Below are positions 36,997-64,000 of a stretch of 64,000 bases of DNA, piece after piece; position 1 is the stretch's first letter; each line of letters opens with the position of its first letter. This stretch comes from Hormiphora californensis. Its lineage: Eukaryota > Animalia > Ctenophora. A model generated the notes under the pieces. It saw nothing but the letters and a program-made list of their open reading frames with translations. It was not told where the DNA came from and did no database searches. Location of the stretch: the NCBI GenBank assembly GCA_020137815.1, contig CM035354.1, positions 8,494,001-8,558,000 of the forward strand, given 5' to 3'. Made by a program: the position numbers and the translations under genes.

Positions 36997-37422
36997 ATCA
37001 CTGCGCTGGCAAGTGCAAGGTGGACCCAAACCTTCCCCCAAAAATTTTCCCGAAAAAGTGAGGCCGCTTGCGAACAGCGTAGATATAACACTAGATATAA
37101 CAATTTCGAAGTTTTAGCCCATTTGGGCACATTTCAACCCCCCTCCCCTCCGGAGGCTGGAATTTGGTACTAAAAAGCTTCACGTAGACCGAGACCTCTA
37201 CTGACAACCAAAAACGAAATGAAGTTAGTTTGCGAGAAAGGTGACCCATCTTGTTACTCCTTCATTTCCGACACCGTTGAGTTGAAGGCGGAAAGTACAT
37301 GTATATAATGGATACCTCAATGCTGTCTTTCTCAATTCTCCCTTCAACTCGACGGTGTCAGAAATGAAAGACAAAATGGGCCACCATTCCCGCGAACTAA
37401 TTTCAATTAGTTTTTGCTCTAA
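36997..37422 (-). mobile_element. HINE family A short copy, reverse orientation
   Basis: ATCACTGCGCTGGCAAG is the reverse complement of the family 3' end. A degenerate hairpin (gaaaggtgacccat...gggccaccattcccgcgaactaatttcaattag) is at the other end. Confidence 0.65.
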
Positions 37423-37609
37423 ATATTGATATTATAAAATTATATTTATTTCAGGAATAAATGGTCAAACGTTTTCTGATTTTGTTTGTGTGAAGTTGAC
37501 TTGAGTTGCGAGAATTGGGGGAGTTCGAATTCGAGTTGACGTTGATGTCAAAAAATTATTATTATTATTATTATTTATATTAAACGAAGAAGATATTTAT
37601 TTGTAAGGT

Positions 37610-37941
37610 AGGAGACACACTATAGTTTGCCGGGGGGGGGGGGGGGGGGCAACGTAGTTTGCCGCGCTCGTTGAGATCTCAACCGTGTGAATCACACTGA
37701 AATTTCGCGGAAATTTGGAATTTTTGACTGAGAAATCATTTGCAAGAGGCTAACTTTTTCACTGGTACATCTCTCGAGGTGTCCTTTATCCATTCTGAGT
37801 GAATTTTTTCCGTTTTTGCCAAATTTCCGAAACTTCGAACTTCAGTGTGTTTCACGCGGTTGAGATCTCAACGCACGCGACCAACTTCAGTCACAGTGTG
37901 TTTAAGATCTAACGCACGCGACCAACTTCAGTGTGTCTCCT
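37610..37941. mobile_element. Small MITE
   Basis: aggagacacact ... agtgtgtctcct termini; inner inverted repeat cgttgagatctcaaccg. Confidence 0.6.
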
Positions 37942-39442
37942 CCCTAAGGATCAATGTGAATATAATACACACAATTATCTACACACATTATCTATCAATC
38001 TAACTTTACTCATACAAGTCTCTAATTTACGGGTACACCGTACATTTTCAGGGCAATCTCACTGTATGAGGTTGTAGGCCATACCATGGGGTCTTCTGGG
38101 GCTCTTCGACGAAACTTTACGCTCTTTTTAGTTACGCATGGTGAATTTTTCACACTTGTATCGAGAGGGATGTCTTCGAACTCTATCCAAAACCTCGCTG
38201 GGGGGGACATGTTAATTGTTAATAAATCACCTCTTTTTAAGACCGATATATTTGTTCATAAGTTGTTAACATGGCCAATGGCCATTCCGGATCGGCTTGT
38301 AGTGTTTTGGACCGCAAAAACTTCCCAAAAGTCACGTTGAGGGTGTACCTCCCTCGCACAACACACAAAAGCGCAATTAACCACCTGTGACCCCTTAATT
38401 ACATCCAATCGACTTGAAACTTGGTAGAAGTGTCCCCCAGTGTCCCAAAACATCATATTATGTCCCATAACATCATATTATGCCTGTAGGAAACGCCAGA
38501 GAGAATGGTGACTCATCTCATAATTTTGGTCATGTCACCATCACCATTTGTCACCATATAATGTCACCATTTGTCACCATTATTACCCCCCTGCAGCTGA
38601 TAGCTTTATGTCTAAGAAAATCAACTCACATAAACATGATGAAGAGGAAGATAAAACCGCTTCATCCAAGTCAACAACAAATGTAGGTAGCTGTTATCAT
38701 CATTATGTTAAATTAACAGTTAATTAATAATAATATTATAGTTGCGTACAGCCCGAGCTCTTTTAGCTCCATCATATTGGCCACTCGCACGCCCACAGTG
38801 CATGTGGTCCACTCAGTCAGGCCAATGCTCTGACAGTGGACTCCACACATTGGCCTGAACCTATTCTTATTCAGAATAGTGAGTTCAGAGCAAGAATTAA
38901 ATACTAATAGGGAAGAAAGTCGAAAGACACTGGGTTTGACCGGGAATTGAACCAGGGACCTCCAGAGAGACATGCTCGGAGCTATAAACCACTAAGCTAC
39001 CAAACCCTATTACTTCCCTATTCTTATTTCTTCAATTTCAAATAAGTTCTACACGCGAGGACCGAGGTGGTCCACTGGACCGTCCAGGCCACGACGTCCA
39101 AAACGATCGAAAAAAAGCAAATGATGCCATGTTTGGCTTGGTGACATGGTGACATGGGCACTGGGCAGTGGGCACCCAACACATGTGCGAGATCGAAGTA
39201 ACGCACGAATGAGATCGATCTCACACAAAGGTGTCCGCTCCATTGTGGTACATGATTAGATATCTCACCCTAATATAGCCCTAACCATATTATATTAGGA
39301 AGACAGTACACAGTAAACTCAGCGGCCAAATTCTCGAGCTTACACCATCGGTCATTTATGATAAATTTTATCGTCCGTTCGACATTTAGTCCGGACCTCG
39401 GGTAGTATGCATGTGATCCGATCCATATTATGGATCCATATT

Positions 39443-59804
<20,362 letters not shown>

Positions 59805-60156
59805 GTTTAGTGATCTCCATAATCTTACAATTAAACCTTGATTTACCGGGCTCTTCGGTCGGGGGAATGACCCAGAATCACCTAAATCATGGTACATATA
59901 TGATATCAAGATATCCTATAAGAATAATTGATCCGTCTGGTAAATCGAGGTTCCGAGATACGATAAGTTTGATTAAAATTTAAACGCGTTTTTGGATTAA
60001 TGAAATAAACCGATTTTCCAAGCTGAACTAAGTAATTAAATATAAAATATCAATCAAATCCATCTAATATAATATCTTTTAACTTAACCAGCGTGTAACA
60101 TATTATCTCTATAAGCTTCTATCGCATATTGTCCATAACTCTCAGTCTCATACTAA

Positions 60157-61215
60157 CTACGTAGTGGTCTCTCGTGTCAGAGGTTGTTGGGTTGATGGTT
60201 GGACCTTTCTTGCTGCACATTTGATGATCCCGTTTTTGAGTTGTCCACTAAAGTGTCTTATCCTTGAAGCATATATGAGAGGGTTTATAAGACTGTTCAA
60301 ACTAGGGCATACTACAAATATTACAGCGGCTAAGTAGTTGTTCACAAACCCATTAGAGCTGATGGCAGTGAATCGTTTGCTAGTAAAATCACGTATGGTT
60401 TCTGATTGTCCTACTGGTATTATCATTTTGCTGACAATAAAGACCAACATCAAAGTGTAAGGGATGCTCAGAATGATGTAAATGCCAGTCACCATCACGA
60501 CCGTTTTAGCTGCTTCCTTTTGTCGCTCATAAGATGTCTTGATACTTACAGCGACCCTCTTGGAACTGTGTAGTTGCCTCAGCGTTAACACACAAGACAC
60601 GAATATGGGTATTATGGACATACCCGGGATTATATTATAGGGTATACTAAGAGCTAATGCATGTTGAACATCAGTTTTCGAAACCAGGTTTTCCTCGTCG
60701 CGGTCTCTATGGAAACAGTTAGGTGTACATGAAAACCATTCAGGGAAGTAGCGTGCGTGAAGGACTCCTGCCAATTGAAATACCACACAGATAAGTAACA
60801 CCGCCATGTAGATCAAGGCTGGGATAATGTATGCTAGTCGATGGTGTAGTATTCGAGTTGGGAACTTCAGTACAAACAATCTGAATGCGCTTAGCATACC
60901 AACCAAGAATATCGACATTTGAGGGAAAACCCAGCCAAAGAAAACCCAAGCCAGGCAAAAAGAGTTGTAAGTAAGCATTCCTATTCTGTCCGGTTGAAAT
61001 GCAGCGTCGATTGCTGCTATCAAACTTGAGCAGATGAGAAAGTCATTAATCGTTATCACCATATAAAGAATTCTGAAGAACTCTCCCGTTGTATTTCGTG
61101 TCTTTAAGGTGAAGAAATACAGGAAGCTAACAATGTTGAAGATCGTTCCAAAAACTAAGATGATTGATAGAACACATCCCATGATGGTGTCATAGCTTCC
61201 CTCAAACTCGCTCAT
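60157..61215 (-). CDS. Intronless rhodopsin-class (class A) GPCR
   Basis: Seven hydrophobic segments. TM1 GTIFN, TM2 ITINDFL, TM3 end LSAFR in place of DRY, TM6 ILSIP, TM7 NSLINPLIY. ATG at 61215-61213. Confidence 0.87.
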   Translation of the reverse strand: MSEFEGSYDTIMGCVLSIILVFGTIFNIVSFLYFFTLKTRNTTGEFFRILYMVITINDFLICSSLIAAIDAAFQPDRIGMLTYNSFCLAWVFFGWVFPQMSIFLVGMLSAFRLFVLKFPTRILHHRLAYIIPALIYMAVLLICVVFQLAGVLHARYFPEWFSCTPNCFHRDRDEENLVSKTDVQHALALSIPYNIIPGMSIIPIFVSCVLTLRQLHSSKRVAVSIKTSYERQKEAAKTVVMVTGIYIILSIPYTLMLVFIVSKMIIPVGQSETIRDFTSKRFTAISSNGFVNNYLAAVIFVVCPSLNSLINPLIYASRIRHFSGQLKNGIIKCAARKVQPSTQQPLTRETTT

Positions 61216-61571
61216 CTGAAACGAATAACAACGTTTCACTATAACATCATTTTAAATCAAGCAGTTTTCCCATCTGCATCCCTTGTAAATCCCAAACTAA
61301 AGTCGGTTCTTTTGTTGTCACCACCCCCTCATGCATGCATATTTTGCGCACATCTATCACATATTATCCTGCATTTTCGGAACGTGTTCGTCTCAACACT
61401 GCGCGTCGCAGACTGTACCAAACCCGGGCGAACAAGCTAACAATAGTGCAATTACATGCGCGCGATGTACTATATCGCATGGAAGTTCACTATTGTTAGC
61501 TCGCCCACCCGGGTTAGCTCGTTCACCCGCGACGCGCAACGTTGAGACGAACACGCTCCGAAAAGAGAGCA

Positions 61572-62099
61572 TTAACGTGTGGCGTACACGTCAAAATTGA
61601 TAAGTTTCACATGCATTTGGGGGTGACAACTTCAAAAAATTCGACTTTATACCGAAAAACAAGGCGACCTAAAATTAACTACATAGTATGGCTGTATTAT
61701 AAAGTTTAATTTAACAATACTGCATATGCATACCTTATTACCTATTATGTACCTAAAAATAAGGCAACCTAAAATAAACGTAGGAGGATAAATATTTGCC
61801 TAGCTAGACTCTGTTTTGCGTGTCCGCCTATGAAACACAAATGTAAAGGAGGGCTAGTATGTACATACATATAAACAAGTAAATATATATGCTAATTTTC
61901 CGTACGTTAATTTTATAACTAAAACAACACAGCATATTTTGACGTTAATTTTCGATACGTTAATTTTGGGTGAGTTAATTTTAGGTCGCCTTGTTTTTAG
62001 GTACAGAATAAGGTATAAAGTCGGATTTTTTGAAGTTGTCACCCCCAAATGCATGTGTATGTGAAATTTATCAATTTTGACACACGCTCCACACGTTAA
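61572..62099. mobile_element. Degenerate palindromic MITE
   Basis: ttaacgtgtgg...catgcatttgggggtgacaacttcaaaaaat is mirrored by tttttgaagttgtcacccccaaatgcatg...ccacacgttaa. Confidence 0.7.
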
Positions 62100-62708
62100 T
62101 ATGTGATAGATACGCAAAAAAACGCATGTTACCACGTACAAGTGATGATCTCTGGTAGCACTCGAGTTCGTGTTAAAGTTACACCAGGCACGCTGTGTAC
62201 TGTTATCATTAAGTTATTAAATCTTACATTATAATCGAGAATCTAACTTTAAATCGCTCAAGAAAACGGAAGTTAACATGAACAATTTTCTGCATTGATC
62301 CGATAGAACCATATGGTTCGCTTTTTTGTAGTTATTATTGCAGATCACGCGTCGCCATGTCAATCTCTTTCAGTTAGTTAGTAACTGTATCACCAAGAAA
62401 ATAGTGCAGCTGTTCATAACAGTGCTTTGCCAAATATAACATCCCCTTAGCGTAAGATAGCAGAGCACACCTGTCGATATTCCATGACAACCCACCGCAA
62501 TGTGCTATTACACCTCTCTCATGATGAATTACTGCATATGTAAACAAAAATATCGGGAATATATCTGAAAATAGTAAGGAGAAAAAAAATCTCTAACCAC
62601 GGTTAATTTGAGTGTATATTTGAGGTCAGATCTTGAGGTAATGCCAAAAAAGTCAAAACCGTCCTGAAATTTGCGATAAATCTGGCTGTTTTTGACCTGA
62701 CTTTTTAT

Positions 62709-63340
62709 AGGGTAAGCTGGGGCAAAAGTGGCCCATTTTTAACGTTTTAGGTTCTACAATACGCAATTTATACAGCAGGAAGAAAAAATATATAGGCTAT
62801 CCATTGAGACGTTTTCCTTTCAGCCGAACTAGATTTTAAAATCTGCAAGTTTTTTTTAATGGTTTAATTAATCAATTCAAATAATTTGGTGAGGCTTTTT
62901 TTGGAAAATTTGCACTGGGGCAAAGTGGTCCAAGCCAATAGCATTACTCAATTTTATCACGTGACTGATGTTGTTAAAACACCGATAGTTGGGGCAAAGT
63001 GGCCCATGTTGTCTCCAGCAGCTTCTGTTCTGGACCACTTTGCCCCAGTACACTGTGCAGTGTCACGTGGTATTGCAAGCTACATTTCATTGGTCCAAGC
63101 AGAAAAAGAGGACCAATCAGGATTGGGGATTAAGAAATGCTACTGTGTGTATGTATTACACACACACACACTGTGTAACCATGGTAACACACACACACAG
63201 CTCCTGTTTTGGACCACTTTGCCCCAGTGCATTCCAATGTCACGTGGTATTGCAGGCTCCATTTCATTGGTCCTAGAGGTGGACCACTTTGCCCCAGGGT
63301 CGACCACTTTGCCCCAGAGAGTGGACCATATTTGCCCCAG
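62709..63340. mobile_element. Element with repeated GGGGCAAAGTGG(T/C)CC subterminal motifs (same family as the end at 1-29)
   Basis: ggtaagctggggcaaaagtggccc at ~62711 matches the reverse complement of gggccaaactgccccagcttacc at the window start; several tggaccactttgcccca copies. Confidence 0.6.
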
Positions 63341-63634
63341 TTCGACTAATTTGACAATTTAATCAACTTAATACAAAGTAATACAAGATTTTTCAATCGT
63401 TCGATTGAAAAATCTTGTATTACTTTGTAATCAGCTCCAGAATCTTGATCCTGTCGAGCGCTTTACCAGCAATCCCTTTATAAGCAAAGATAATCAACTT
63501 AATATGTAGTGAGTTTTTTGAAAAATTTTTTCCCTGCCCGAAGGGCATTCACCCGGGATGACCCTTTTAGGACGCACGTGCTAAAAAGATCGTTCAGGGT
63601 TTAGAAATCAGCAGATCGTGGGGTTAACTAAATG

Positions 63635-63844
63635 TGATTTAGTAGATCTCATCCTTGATGTGGAGAGTATAGGGTGTAAACAGCAAAAACAAGATGAATT
63701 CAACGTTTTGGATTTAATATCCTTTATCAAGAAAGGTTTTCCAATTTCTTGATAAAGGATATTGAATCCGAAACGTTGAATTCATCTTGTTTTTGCTGTT
63801 TACACCCTATACTCTCCACATCAAGGATGAGATCTACTAAATCA
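63635..63844. repeat. Near-perfect ~100-bp-stem hairpin (a smaller one is at 63372-63429)
   Basis: tgatttagtagatctcatccttgatg...catcaaggatgagatctactaaatca. Confidence 0.85.
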
Positions 63845-64000
63845 TATTTTACACCCATCCGCCACATCCGGCATCCCAGTCCACATTAACTAAATGTGTC
63901 CGTCCGTCACAGACAACGCTTAACAACAAGTCTGCTCCTTCATAAAACTTTCATCTCACGCTTCGTTGATTCAACAAAGGAAATGATTAACTCACATTGT

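Overview
Eukaryotic, intron-containing, repeat-rich animal DNA; the short GT-AG introns, the intronless rhodopsin-like GPCR and the dense palindromic repeats suggest a ctenophore or another non-bilaterian, but this is inference only. Host genes: an OATP/SLCO transporter (minus strand, runs off the left edge), an intronless LRRK-like Roco kinase, a same-strand cluster of REEP/YOP1, SOSS-B/NABP (not in the ORF track; reconstructed from 5 exons), GON4L and an ICE2/SERINC-like membrane protein, a SIRT6/7-related sirtuin whose exons are split by a ~19.6 kb intron, and an antisense GPCR. The most striking structure lies in the sirtuin intron. Two intact R4/Dong-type (RT plus restriction-like endonuclease) non-LTR retrotransposons sit head-to-tail in a (GA)n microsatellite. 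The full-length copy begins with a sequence that folds as an HDV-like self-cleaving ribozyme in the host sense orientation, and an adjacent tandem duplicate preserves the empty target site. Most remaining DNA is nested non-autonomous elements: Helentron/HINE-like elements, Tc1/pogo-, Kolobok- and Mutator-like MITEs, and long near-perfect foldback palindromes. All family assignments come from motifs recognised by eye; no database searches were run.
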